Below are positions 50,510 to 64,000 of a stretch of 64,000 nucleotides of DNA, piece by piece. The DNA comes from Eledone cirrhosa (taxonomy: Eukaryota): positions 226,114,001 to 226,178,000 of the forward strand of contig OZ024743.1 in assembly GCA_964016885.1 (NCBI GenBank), given 5' to 3'. The notes under the pieces were generated by a model. That model did no database searches, was not told the origin of the DNA, and saw only the letters and a program-made list of their open reading frames with translations. A program made the translations under genes and the position numbers. Within the stretch, counting starts at the first letter, position 1. Each line of letters begins with the position of its first letter.

Positions 50510-50738
50510 AAGCAAAATTATGTAGTTCATCAGTAGTAGAATATTAATTATAGGTTAACTAAATTAAAAATAGTTTATATATTAATTTCAAAAGTGTATA
50601 TTAATTAGGTTTATAATTTTTAAAGCAGAATTATGTAGTTCATCAGTAGTAGAATATTAATTATAGGTTAACTAAATTAAAAATAATTTATAAATTAATT
50701 TCTAAAGTGTATATTAATTAGGTTTATAATATTTAAAG
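50510..50738. repeat. Tandem duplication, ~112 bp x2
   Basis: AAAGCA.AATTATGTAGTTCATCAGTAGTAGAATATTAATT... at 50510 and 50622. Confidence 0.85.
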
Positions 50739-50781
50739 GTTTTTCTCAGTTTATGATTACACGATATTATTAATTCCTGTC

Positions 50782-50968
50782 GGTGGATTGGCAGTATCGG
50801 TAGAGGATCGGACGCCATGCTTTGACGCATAGAGTTACGGCCCTTTATGATCTGAGTTCAAATCCCGCCGAGGTTAACTTTGCCTTTCATCCTTACGGGG
50901 TCGATAAAATAAAGTACCAGTAATACACTGGGTATTTGCTGGCCTCGTGCCAAAAGTAGAAACAATTA
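50782..50968 (+). mobile_element. Full-length Nin/Deu-like SINE with 16 bp target-site duplication
   Basis: ATTATTAATTCCTGTC at 50766-50781 and 50965-50980; A/B boxes and central domain as at 26290. Confidence 0.9.
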
Positions 50969-51321
50969 TTAATTCCTGTCACTTATTTAATAGGATATCC
51001 TTAGATTTCATTATTTCAAAAAGTTCTTGGGAACATAATCTACATTCATTTCTACTATTTTGATAAGGGGTGGCCCTTTTGAGCACACTCCAAATTATTT
51101 CTGAGGTCAGCATAAGACCTATTTCTTCCCTAAAATAATCCTTCATTCATAATATTCTTTTCCATCCAAAACTGAATTCTACCTTCCTCTACCCATAATT
51201 TAAGGTTCTTCTACTACTATATTACTATCCTGACCCTCACTATCTCTCTATTGGTCAATTCAAAACCTGTTCCCAAACAGACCTATTGTATTGAATCTTT
51301 GTTTTTTTCAATAAACAAATA

Positions 51322-51463
51322 TCATTATTTCTGAAGACAGCATATATATGTGTAGGTATGTATATTCCCTTTGATAGTTTGTATAAATATTGTACATAGA
51401 TCTATAGAATATGCATACCAACTCTAACACATATATATCCTAGAAACGATCGTAAAATGATGA
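51322..51463 (+). ncRNA. Hammerhead ribozyme, family H (105 nt stem II region)
   Basis: TCATTATTT CTGAAGA [cagc ATATATATGTGT..GGTATGTATATTC...GAATATGCATACC..ACACATATATAT ccta] GAAA CGATCG TA AAATGATGA. Confidence 0.72.
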
Positions 51464-51649
51464 ATTTTTTTAATATAAGGAACTGTTTCTTTGTTTATTC
51501 ATTATTTTATTAATTTATCTTAACTCTGTTTTCTGTTTATTTTTCACCGAAAGTAGTTTTTGAATGCATCTTCTCTTTTCATGATATCCGGATTACATTG
51601 AGTTCTTTTTACGGATTGGACACTACCGTAAACTTTTGGTAGATTTATC

Positions 51650-51712
<63 letters not shown>

Positions 51713-51842
51713 TTAAATAGGTCACGGATTCCTGTGACTCTTTCGCCATCCAATTCTATTGTTCTTGATTTTGGTAGGTCAGAGGGATTACAATTTCTGT
51801 TGTCACAAATCTGCTTGACACACACACACGCGCACACACACA

Positions 51843-52002
<160 letters not shown>

Positions 52003-52441
52003 TACACACACACACACAAATACACACACACACATACATACATGCATACATACATACATATATATATATATATACATACATATTCATGTAATATTTATAC
52101 AGATATAAGACCTGTGTATGTTCAGCTAACTTGCTACGAAGTTGCATCTCGGATGTGGTTTCCCGAGTATTTTTATGATAGGGCCTCCAGTCCTATCATG
52201 AAAGGCAGCGCGAGATGAGTCGAACCCACGGCGGTATGAACGTGAGTTCAACATACTAACCACGAGAATATTCACCTTCACATGAGAATATATGATCACT
52301 CAGAAATATGCATAATTATACACGATCAAACACGAATTTGTGTCTGCGTATATATGTAAACAGTTTAATCATGAGGTACACTGGGAAAACTGATTTGAAT
52401 AGAATGTTATTTATATTGCTTGGACTCTAGAACGGTAATCA

Positions 52442-52442
<1 letters not shown>

Positions 52443-52490
<48 letters not shown>

Positions 52491-52537
52491 GGTAGTGGTG
52501 GTGGTGGTAGTGGTGTTGGTGTAGTAGTAATGGTTAC

Positions 52538-52574
<37 letters not shown>

Positions 52575-52703
52575 GGTGGTGGTAGTGGTGTTGGTGTAGT
52601 AGTAGTGGTTACTAGTAGTAATAGTAGTAGTAGTAATAGTAGTAGTAGTAGTGGTGGTGGTGGTGATGGTGGTGGTGGTATTGGTGGTGGTGGTAGTGGT
52701 TAC

Positions 52704-52773
<70 letters not shown>

Positions 52774-52814
52774 GGTAGTGGTGTTGGTGTAGTAGTAGTG
52801 GTTACTAGTAGTAA

Positions 52815-52853
<39 letters not shown>

Positions 52854-52898
52854 AAAGTAGTGATAGTAGTAGTAGTGGTGGTTGTAGTAGTAGTGGTT
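52443..52898. repeat. (AGT)n/(GGT)n compound trinucleotide repeat
   Basis: Directly visible. Confidence 0.95.
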
Positions 52899-53690
52899 GT
52901 ATGAACAGGAATGTATATTTCTATTGTTGTCATTCTTTCAGTTAATTTTGTTTGCATTGTCTGCTTTCATTGTATGTACACATGCATACACACTCTCATA
53001 CACACACACACAACTATAGATTTACACGCACACACACACACATGCAAACACGAACACACAAATGAAAACATATACAAATACATATATACATATATTTTTG
53101 TCTAAACCACAGAGATTATTAAGCAGTCGAATCATTGATGTATGAAAAATGACTCCCTGTAGTGTCGTGTAACTCTTCTGTGTGTGAGGTCAGAAACAAA
53201 CTGTTATGCTACGTCTATCAATGGACATTTGTAGTCGCTGCTGCTATTGTTGTTTACCTGCTTATTTTCGTACTACCCTTATCATATATAAGTTTATTCA
53301 TATTCATACATACTTGCATAGAAACTTTCATATACATACATGCAAACACATACACACTCAACCACTCCCCCATATGTATATATAAATATACATAAATACA
53401 ATAGCAGTAGCAGGAACATAGCGTCGTTCAAAATATGAAAGCATATATGATATGTTTATGTATGATAAAAACACATAAGCCGTGGTATGAATATTATAAT
53501 CCGTGCTCGTGTCACATCTATTTCAGTAGCCATGTGAGGACATCACACGGTTTTCTGGATTTATTCCGTCATCGGTGATGTTTACTCACTAAGTACCGAG
53601 ACGAGAATAGAGAACAACGCAGTAAACATAGGGAAAATATACTGGTGTTATATACATATATATACATACATACGTACATATCTATATATA

Positions 53691-54515
<825 letters not shown>

Positions 54516-54583
54516 CAAGGTTTAGCAAATAAGGAAAAAGTTTCAAAATAAATTAAAAAAAATTAACTTTACTTACTATAGTT

Positions 54584-54667
54584 ACCTTTACCGAATCGGT
54601 TTCGAATCTCAAAAATAAACGGAGTCCATACGGCCTTCGTTGCAAAGAAAGATTCTCGTCAGAAGGT
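54584..54667 (-). ncRNA. Hammerhead ribozyme (single-copy type in window)
   Basis: Minus: ACCTT CTGACGA GAATCT...AGATTC GAAA CCG att CGG TA AAGGT; 52 nt stem II region. Confidence 0.78.
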
Positions 54668-55542
54668 TCTTTTCATTCAAAGAATATAAAATTCTTGAAT
54701 TTAAATTACGAACTAGCGCTATCCAAAACTGTTCCCGAGATGAGAGTAAATGAAGTGGAATCAATTTTTTCAAGGGCCGAGTGCAAAGATAGAGGCAGAG
54801 GCATGGAGGTCAGTCGGCTACCACTATAACTACCAGCAGTCAGAACGACCAAGTGTTTTCTCAACATAGAGGAGAATAGTAATAATAGAATATGTGTTCC
54901 TACATGCACATGTATTGTCCAACCATATGCCAATGTGGTTCCTATTACCCGCTCTACTACCCTAAGTATCGACTACTTTGGTGCGTTATGGTCCACCTGG
55001 TTTCTTACACCTTCTTTTATATATATATATATGTATAAATGAAGACTAGGAGTCTCTCGCTCCACAAAAAATACATACTTTATTGGATGGCCGTTGACAC
55101 TGCTGAGTTCCTCCACCCTTTGAAGCGTTTTATTTTTCATACCACAGGGTATCCAGAATCACCCTCTTCAACAAGCAACCTTGGTGGGGATTCCGGTTTA
55201 GTCGCCGTCGACCCGACCATGCACATTAAGACATCTCTCTAGGAGAAGATGACGCTGATATAAAAGCAGCGACTTCGTTTGCATCCAACAATGTAGACCA
55301 ATTCCCCTTTTGGGGTAAATGCACTCGATGTAGTGAGAGTGCGATTGGCCCCGTGCAAAGCCTTTCCTCACTTAAAAAAGCACAGACATCGCTTGATATG
55401 TGACATTTTTTGCGATGCATGATATTTCTGGGCATAGGCAAGTCCCTAGCAGAATTAAAAAGGCACCACTGTGATGCTCATGCTTAGCTTTCAAGCGGTG
55501 GCATTACTCGAAATCGAGTTGCATCACACACACACACACAGT

Positions 55543-55581
<39 letters not shown>

Positions 55582-55741
55582 TAGAATTGGAGCTCTGAAA
55601 TAGCAATATATATATGGATGTATATATAATGTATTTTGCAATACACTTTATGCTTAATTAAAAGCATTTTGAAGACCGTAAGCTATTGTTTTAAAGTAGT
55701 GACAAATTCACTTACTTTGATCTCAGCAAACAGGGGAGATA

Positions 55742-55785
55742 AGCCGACAAGTCTTGTTTCGCTTTGGTTGAAGCTTATCAAGGCT
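55742..55785 (-). ncRNA. Hammerhead ribozyme, family F
   Basis: Reverse complement of 56198-56241. Confidence 0.78.
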
Positions 55786-56197
55786 AACTACCCCTCCTGT
55801 CTACCGAGATCACTGATGTTATATTCTTATAGAAATCTAGTAAATAATCAGGAGCTGATTATGCAGAGCGGTTGTTGGTCAGGCAGAAATTATAAATTAC
55901 CAAAGCGAAACAAGACTTGTCGGCTTATCTCCCCTGTTTGCTGAGATCAAAGTAAGTGAATTTGTCACTACTTTAAAACAATAGCTAACGGTATTCAAAA
56001 TGCTTTTAATTAAGCATAAAGTGTATTGCAAAATACATTATATATACATCCATATATATATTGCTATTTCAGAGCTCCACTTCTAATTTTTAATTTCTGC
56101 CTGACCAATAACCGCTCTGCATAATCAGCTCCTGATTATTTACTAGATTTCTATAAGAATATAACATCAGTGATCTCGGTAGACAGGAGGGGTAGTT

Positions 56198-56241
56198 AGC
56201 CTTGATAAGCTTCAACCAAAGCGAAACAAGACTTGTCGGCT
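56198..56241 (+). ncRNA. Hammerhead ribozyme, family F (U3:A8 core)
   Basis: AGCC TTGATAA GCTT caacca AAGC GAAA CAAG a CTTG TC GGCT. Confidence 0.8.
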
Positions 56242-56513
56242 TATCTCCCCTGTTTGCTGAGATCAAAGTAAGTGAATTTGTCACTACTTTAAAGCAATAG
56301 CTTACGGTCTTCAAAATGCTTTTAATTAAGCATAAAGTGTATTGCAAAATACATTATATATACATCCATATATATATTGCTATTTCAGAGCTCCAATTCT
56401 AATTTTTAATTTCTGCCTGACCAACAACCGCTCTGCATAATCAGCTCCTGATTATTTACTAGATTTCTATAAGAATATAACATCAGTAATCTCGGTAGAC
56501 AGGAGGGGTAGTT

Positions 56514-56557
56514 AGCCTTGATAAGCTTCAACCAAAGCGAAACAAGACTTGTCGGCT
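56514..56557 (+). ncRNA. Hammerhead ribozyme, family F
   Basis: Identical motif 316 nt downstream of 56198. Confidence 0.8.
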
Positions 56558-56917
56558 TATCTCCCCTGTTTGCTGAGATCAAAGTAAGTGAATTTGTCAC
56601 TACTTTAAAACAATAGCTTACGGTCTTCAAAATGCTTTTAATTAAGCATAAAATGTATTGCAAAATACATTATATATACATCCATATATATATATATAAA
56701 TAGAGAGAGAGAAAGAGGGAGTTGATATATATAAAAAATAGTAAAAAATAAAAATAAAACAGTAGACAATGCTAAAGGGATTTTCTCTCAGAAGAACATC
56801 AAAACATTTAATTTAATTAGAAAATAGGAAATCCCGAATTATTTTTACCGGTTTCTGCTTGTACGATTTTTCAGGGAGAAAATCCCTTTACCAATTTCTA
56901 CTGTCTTTTTCCTTTTT

Positions 56918-56989
<72 letters not shown>

Positions 56990-57046
56990 AAAAAAGATGA
57001 AATCGAAAATGCAACTTGAATCTTTTTAAGAACATTTATTTGGTTC

Positions 57047-57085
57047 CTTTACCGGTGGTTTCGCAGTTCTTTTGCTTTTCAAAAG
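57047..57085 (-). ncRNA. Putative minimal hammerhead (U3:A8 core)
   Basis: Minus: CTT TTGAAAA GCA aaagaac TGC GAAA CC acc GG TA AAG; stem I only 3 bp; sits in a ~135 bp island between (TA)n tracts. Confidence 0.55.
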
Positions 57086-57113
57086 TAGAATTGAGATGGA
57101 GGGTTTGAGGTTT

Positions 57114-57158
<45 letters not shown>

Positions 57159-57160
<2 letters not shown>

Positions 57161-57466
57161 CTATCGTCAGCTTGAAACTAGTTCATCGTTCCTTTGTCAG
57201 TGCTAAACAAAAGGGGCAAAGATGGTTGCTGAACGCTGTACGGCTTAATTTGGGCTGTTTGTTTACAAACAAACCGAACATTATAATAAATGTTCGGCTA
57301 AACCGATACGTACATATATATATGTATGCATGTATGTATGTATGTATATATATATATATATACATACTACTGTACGTCTGTATACATATATGTATGTACG
57401 TGTACATACTTATATTTAAGTAACAGCCGTACTAAGAGTGAGAAATGAAATTTCGTTTCATTTTTT

Positions 57467-57468
<2 letters not shown>
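57159..57468 (+). mobile_element. Family D copy broken and inverted inside the hammerhead
   Basis: TAGCTATCGTCAGC (reverse complement of the 5' ribozyme half) joined to TTGAAACTAGTTCATCG. Confidence 0.78.
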
Positions 57469-57508
<40 letters not shown>

Positions 57509-58185
57509 TTATTTAGGACTGACGATTGCGAAAATAAGTAGTCAATTCCAAAATAGAGTTCATAAGTTTTATCAAGGCCATGTTACTGTCCTGCTACCCT
57601 GGAGGTTTAGCTGTATGTTTACGCAGTAATTAGACTTTAAGAAAAGTACAAATGGTATATATGTATACATCTATATATAGAAAATATCTCTAGGCGTGAA
57701 AAAGGAAAAAGAAAAACAGTGCTCAATCAGGGATGAGAGCTGAATATATTATTTATTTATGTTCATACATGTAACAAAAAACGCTACTTCAGATTTCAAA
57801 CCCAATATTGTTCATAACTTCAGACTGTGAGAAGGATGAAATCCATCTTGATTTAGATATATATATATATATAAATCAGGATGGATTTAGTTTGAAACCG
57901 GTTAGACCATTACTTAACAGAGTACTCAATACTTGGGGTAGTAGAGTATGTTTATATTATAAAGAGTCGGGACCTCGACGGTTGAGCTCCTACCGTTTCA
58001 ACAGTTTGTTCCAGAACTCGTTGTTGAATTGGCAGGAGCTCAGCTGTCCAGGTCCCGACTGTTTATAATATATATATCATTGTAAGAACCAATTTATTCT
58101 TGAATCCCTAGATATATGATGGGAAAGTTACTTATATTACAAAGTCCTTCCAAATTCTTGATTATTTACAAAATTCTTTGATAAT

Positions 58186-58952
58186 CATAGACAGTGTATT
58201 TTGTTAGAAATATAGTAACGAAAATATTTAGGTAATTTGGTTATTATTTCTAGCATTTCGAATGAACACATAGAGGACCTCGTTATTATTGATGGTGGCG
58301 GTTAAGGTAGAGATGTTGTTATGATCTTCATTAATATTGTTGTTGTTGCTGTCATCTATGTTGATTGCTAATGTGTGAAATCTGAAGGAGTTTGCAACAC
58401 CACCCATCACCCACTTTCAATAAAATTGCAGACTCAGACACGAACACACGAGCACACACCAAACAAAAAACACGCACAAAAACGCTCGCGCGAACAGAGG
58501 CCAGAGAGGAAGTTACTGAAACACAGCGATAAACATTGAAGATGTCACAGAGATGTGTGATGAAAGATCTTTGATAAATTATATCTATATTTATATATTT
58601 TCAGCTGTTGGTCAATCAATGATAAACAATGATTGCCAGCTAAATTATTTAAATAAATATACTAAAACGAAAACCAAATCAAACAGTGAGTGCGGTTTAC
58701 TGTTGGCAATATTAGGGCAACATGACCTCTCCTAAATATAACATAGACAGTGTATTTCGTGAGAGATATAGTAACGAAAAGATTAACAAAATTTGGTTGT
58801 TATTTCTAGCATTTCTAACATCTCAATGTTATTGATGGTGGCGTTTAAAGTAGTGGTGTTGTTATGATGTTCGTTGATATTATTGTTGTTGTTGCTGTTA
58901 TCTACGTTGATTACTAAAGTGTGAAATCTGAAGAAGTTTACAACTCCACCCC
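58186..58952. repeat. Diverged ~210 bp direct duplication (58186-58405, 58742-58952)
   Basis: CATAGACAGTGTATTT...ATATAGTAACGAAAA...GTGTGAAATCTGAAG.AGTTT.CAAC.CCACCC twice. Confidence 0.75.
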
Positions 58953-59218
58953 AAACTCTATTTCGATAAAATAGCTTTTCTCCCATCGACTTCCTATCGG
59001 CAGTTTAGATATCACAGAAATTGCAGCATTAATAACACCACCACCACCACGGCCATCACCACCACCACCACCACTATCATCATCATCATCATCATCTAAA
59101 ATGAAATAAGTGTCCGTTTATCTGTAGCCAATCAGGTGATGCGGCGGAGTTTTTGCAAAAGTGGGATGGTGACGGTATGTAAACATCACTGAAAGGTGTG
59201 AGGGTATGTGTTATGGCA

Positions 59219-59291
<73 letters not shown>

Positions 59292-59340
59292 TAGAAAAGG
59301 TAAAGGAAAGAAGAGTGCTCTGTGTATAGTACAGAGCTAT

Positions 59341-59375
<35 letters not shown>

Positions 59376-59722
59376 GGGAATATTGAAGTTTGCTTGAAGC
59401 ATTGTGGAATAATAAGATTTATTTCCTTTTTTTTTGTCGTTTTGGAAGCCTCAACAATGTAGATGGGTAATTCTCCGGGTAACAGGATCCGGTGGTGAAG
59501 AGAGAGATGTAAGGGAATGTAGTATGAGATGTATAGTGTGTAGAGGAACGTAGGAAAGAGCGTAAAAAATAAAAACAATAACACGAGATAGAGTTACCCT
59601 GGGAGAGATTTAATTGTCGCTATATTTCGGATTCGCATCCATCAACTGGGGGGAGGGGGGTTCCGGGGGTGAGGGGAAGGTTATCTGTCGGAGAGGAACG
59701 GTACGTGTCCTCTGCTGTACAC

Positions 59723-59753
<31 letters not shown>

Positions 59754-59929
59754 AGTATCTATATATTCTTTAGTATGGTTGAGTAACAATTCTTGTTCAT
59801 CTGGAGTTTCACCTGTGTACTCACATGATCATCATTTTCGATGATCATGTAAGTACATAGGTGACTACAATTAACAAGTCTCATTACATCGGTTCTAAGT
59901 AGTCATTCTCACGCCCATCACTATCACAT

Positions 59930-59984
<55 letters not shown>

Positions 59985-60139
59985 CATCGATGATAGCACC
60001 ACTACTACGACGACCAGGGGAGGTGATGTACGGTGTTAATGTTTGTTACCGTTACTATTGTCGATCATAACTATATTATTTATGTATTCTGTAACTAGTT
60101 TTTTTAAATCTGACTGATAAAATGACAAGTCAGTCAATC

Positions 60140-61615
60140 ATATTGGTGGCCTCCCCACAGCCCCGGCGGACAGAATAGAGATTACGTTTCCCCGGAGGAC
60201 GGCAAAGGAGACGCGCTGGAAAAGCCACTCCAACTCGCGTGGCTCACACCTGAGGCTGGCCAGCTAAGCACCTATGGTGGTGAGTAAGGAGGTAGCCCTA
60301 GGGTCGAGGACACCAGAAGTAGTCTCCACAGCCAAGGGTACAACCGCAAATCTATCGGAGGGCGACCGGTACTTGAAGAGCTTGGCTTCCTCAGCCTGAC
60401 GTGCAGCAGAACCTGGGTTAGTCGCAGACTGCACCAGGTTGCGGCTGCAGAAAGTGTCGGTTCAAGTGGCATCCCAAACGAGGGGTTTGCCACCGCGGAA
60501 CGGGAAGATGGTCATGCCATCTGGTCTTTTGCCGTCCCCTCGGTCCAGCCCTACCGGCTTGAGCTGGAAAGGGTGGCCTGCAGCATCCAAGCCATGCTTT
60601 ATGACCTCGTAGAGGGCAACATGGCGTGAAAGGCGGCCGGCACTGTGGCGACAGGAAAGCGTGTGGATGCTGAAAGAGTCTGCGGTGGATCCACAGCGAC
60701 TTTGGTGTGGCTCGTAGATCCGGAGGCCGAGCCTCAAGGAAACGCCGATGCGCAGGCTATTGTTATCTAACTGCCTGCCAGTGGAGAAGTAGGGCAAGGC
60801 ATGGAGCCAGGCTCCACGGTGGGGTTTGGAGGCCGCACGAAACAGGTAAGGAGGTACTGGTCGAGCTGGCGCGTGAGCCTGTCCGAAGCCAGGCTGCACT
60901 GGATGGCATGCCAAATACTTTGGGTGGACTTGACGTCAGCAGGGGGAGAAGGAGGAGTGACGTCTACTGAGCTAAGTCCCAGCCGGTCCCACGTCTCACA
61001 GGCGGCCTCACGTTCCCTGAACACAGAGGGTTCTATTGTGTTTTTGAGAACCCTGATGACGAGGACGCGGCATGAGGTTACCGACGAAAGAAATGCCGGC
61101 AAAGTCAGTGAGATCGGGGACCGAAGGCCAAGGCCGCCACAGCTGGCAGGTAAAATGGCCTGCTGTCATTCAATGTCGTCAGACCTGACGTTGCATATCT
61201 CCTCGGCTGTTGCTCGGATACAAGCATCGAGGTCAGCGAAGAGAGATGTGTGGGTGTAGCACGGAGCGCTATGAAGGGTATAGAGGAGCTTCGGCATGGC
61301 GAAGCAGTTCTTCAACAGAAAGAGAGCTGGGTGGCCGTCGATCAAGCCCAGTCGGCTTGTGAGAGTCGGGAATTGTTGTGTTGGAGCCTGGAATTGATGG
61401 TGGAGCGGATGGCTGGCGGGTGGATCGGTGACCCGAGGATGAGGACATCCTCTTTGGGGGTCACCTGCACCTGGTGGAGAATGGACCGCACGGAGGCTGC
61501 AAACCTCTCAGCATCGTGGCTGACATTCACCAGCTCCGACTTGGACGAATTTACCTGGAGGCCAATTCCTGCCAGAGCAGGAACCACCGATTGTAGGTCA
61601 TTGCAGTCCATCCCT
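60140..61615 (-). mobile_element. Decayed CRE-like non-LTR retrotransposon (RT end + restriction-like endonuclease)
   Basis: Minus: IGLQVNSSKSEL, LILGSPI, LPASCGGLGL, HRGAWLHALP, LRIGVSLRLGL, HTLSC..AGRLSRH, GLDRGDGKRPDGMT..LVWDAT, PLAVET, WLFQRVSFAVLRGN; frameshifts. Confidence 0.8.
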
Positions 61616-62291
61616 ACGACTGCTGCGGCCTATGTACACGACGCCGGTCTGTGTTTTTGCTGTTGTTGTAGTTGCTGCTGTTGTTGTTGTTGTAACTGTT
61701 TACTGTGGTTGTTGCTTTCGTTGTTGTTGTTAGTAGGGTAGTAATATCACTACGACTGATGCGGCCAGTGTGGACGATATTGGTCGGTGTTTTGCTGTTA
61801 TTGTCGTTGTTGTTGTTGTCATCATTGTTGTTGTTGATGTTGTTGTCTTAAGGTAGTTATCAACAAAATATATAATCCGCCCTCCCTCAGAGCTCCATTT
61901 ATTGCTTCCACTGGCTAAAAACAGTTTTTTTCGGTTTTTTTTCGTAGTTAGCCTTTTCTAGCAAACACGACGGCTGGCAAACCCTTCAAGGAACTCATAT
62001 GTGTGCTGGGTACACAAGCAATAGGACATGTGGGTTTGCCTGCCAGCGACATATCAAACATATCGGGTATCATCTGAGGATACCGTTCTCATAACAACAG
62101 CAAATGCATAAAGGACATCTCGATTGCATGGAGAACCGTGGAAATAATTATAATAATTAAACGATATATGTACACCTCTGTATCTTATTTTGTTATTTTT
62201 ATAAAATTCTCCATCGTACCTAAAAACTACGATTGTTGAGAGAGCTTTCTCTTGATTACTCCTGTTTTTACCAAATCAATCTCTTCTGAAC

Positions 62292-62448
<157 letters not shown>

Positions 62449-62694
62449 GACGTAAAATAAGAAAATTTTAAAAAATTAAAAATTAACTTACTTACTCTTA
62501 ATACCACCCCACTCCCAACTGACTAACCTCAGTGTCACGTGATTGATTCTTTAGAATACACCACTGACCAGAGGCAGTGAACTTTTTCAGTGCTATGGAA
62601 TTTAGTCCCCGCTAGCTTATTACATCCACTGAATTATTATTTTTATATGAGTTCCTAGTGTCCGCGCATTGCCTGGGAACTTAGCTGAGGATAG

Positions 62695-62776
62695 ACTCCC
62701 TGATGACGTAATGAATTCTCGATAGTTACATTGTGCAACTATATTTATCCCATTACAGAAACTAATTAGTTGGAGT
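62695..62776 (+). ncRNA. Hammerhead ribozyme, family G
   Basis: ACTCC CTGATGA cGTAATG...CATTACa GAAA CTAATTAG TT GGAGT; GUU triplet. Confidence 0.8.
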
Positions 62777-63224
62777 GAAAATTTTAGTAAGTTAATTTTA
62801 AATTTTTTTAAATTTTCTTATTTTACGTCTTTCATATAATTGTTCTGCATCCCCCTGCATTGAACCACCTAGGTACTTTGACATAACTTATATATTTACT
62901 AGTATTAGTGTACATCTGTACACATATGTTGGTAGATGTATTAATTCTATATATTTATCTCCAAATTATTTGTTGAGCAAATTGCAAAATCTACTGCTAA
63001 TTCATAGTAGTAGTAGTAGGCTTTGTCATAATACCACCCCACTCCTAACTGACTAACCTCAGTGTCACGTGATTGATTCTTTAGAATACACCACTAACCA
63101 GAGGCAGTGAACTTTTTCAGTGCTATGGAATTTAGTCCCCGCTAGCTTATTACATCCACTGAATTATTATTTTTATATGAGTTCCTAGTGTCCGCGCATT
63201 GCCTGGGAACTTAGCTGAGAATAG

Positions 63225-63306
63225 ACTCCCTGATGACGTAATGAATTCTCGATAGTTACATTGTGTAACTATATTTATCCCATTACAGAAACTAATTAGT
63301 TGGAGT
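63225..63306 (+). ncRNA. Hammerhead ribozyme, family G
   Basis: Second tandem copy, core intact. Confidence 0.8.
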
Positions 63307-63767
63307 GAAAATTTTAGTAAGTAAGTTAATTTTTAATTTTTTAAAAATTTTTCTTATTTTACGTCTTTCATATAATTGTTCTGCATCCCCCTGCATTGAA
63401 CCACCTAGGTACTATGACATAACTTATGTATTTGCTAGCATTAATGTACATCTGTACTCATATGTTGTTAGATATACTAATTCTCTATATTTATCTCCAA
63501 ATTATTTATTTGTTGAGAAAACCTGCCAAATCCACTACTAATTCATTGGTGTGGTAGTAGGCTTTTGTCATCTTACCAACCCACTCCTTCCGACTAGCCT
63601 CAGTGTCACGTGACTGATTCTTTAGAATCTACCATTTGACCAGAGACAGCGAACTTTTTCAGTGCATGGAATTTAGTCCCCGCTAGCTGTTCCATTCACC
63701 GAATTATTATTATTTTTATATGAGTCCCTAGTGTCCGCGCATTGCCTGGAGACTTAGCTGAGAATAG

Positions 63768-63849
63768 ACTCCCTGATGACGTAATGAATTCTCGATGGTT
63801 ACATTACGTAACTATCTTTATCCCATTACAGAAACTAATTAGTTGGAGT
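63768..63849 (+). ncRNA. Hammerhead ribozyme, family G
   Basis: Third, more diverged unit with core, stem I and stem III unchanged. Confidence 0.8.
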
Positions 63850-64000
63850 GAAAATTTTAGTAAGTAAGTTAATTTTTAATTTTTTTTTAAATTTTCTTAT
63901 TTTACGTCTTTCATATATATATATATATATTTATTTATTTATTTATATAAAAGTAAGAGCGAGAATATATATATATATATATACACCAGTTCAGTAAAAT

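Larger units (their letters stand above)
49231..51650. mobile_element. Family H element with ~427 bp inverted arms (49231-49657 / 51092-51518) and 3' tail
   Basis: Near-perfect reverse-complement arms, each with a long-stem hammerhead; (TA)n flanks; no ORF. Confidence 0.82.
55579..56688 (+). mobile_element. Family F retrozyme-like array: inverted unit + ~2.5 tandem 316 bp units
   Basis: 55579-55893 is inverted; direct units at 55899-56089 (partial), 56090-56405 and 56406-56688, nearly identical; (TA)n flanks. Confidence 0.9.

Noticed and set aside
50510-50738. Hammerhead across the 112 bp tandem (CTGATGA and GAAA on minus)
   Set aside because: No convincing stem I or stem II.
55636-56663. 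Three copies of an 85-102 aa ORF
   Set aside because: A by-product of the 316 bp repeat unit, with a TTG start and no known domain.
56840-56878. Hammerhead-like CTGAAAA...GAAACCGGTA on minus (similar partial motifs near 13790, 15250, 59625 and 62245)
   Set aside because: Core mismatches and missing stems; possibly decayed ribozymes, not counted.

Overview
AT-rich, microsatellite-saturated eukaryotic DNA with no host gene I can support. It is probably from an invertebrate; the SINEs resemble octopod cephalopod families (inference). Nearly all long ORFs in the track are translations of (TA)n/(TG)n/(TATG)n repeats. The real coding content is retroelement-derived: one 5'-truncated but uninterrupted Penelope-like RT + GIY-YIG ORF (5255-7027, Naiad-type motifs) inside ~1.4 kb inverted arms, three more Penelope remnants, a decayed Tx1/L1-like LINE, and CRE-like and R4-like RLE retrotransposon remnants. 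tRNA-derived SINEs are also present. The main hidden signal is about 26 type I hammerhead ribozyme (HHR) motifs, read by eye, from about 11 sequence-unrelated families of small non-coding elements, mostly embedded in (TA)n. They occur as tandem retrozyme-like arrays (HHR-to-HHR 316, 530/543 and 591 nt) or as Penelope-style 5'-inverted foldbacks. Recurring features are a U3:A8 core variant, stem II inserts up to ~105 nt, palindromic stem III, inversion junctions inside ribozyme stem II, and a shared 3' motif. Family letters A-H are my own labels. All folds were paired manually; activity is untested and element boundaries are approximate.
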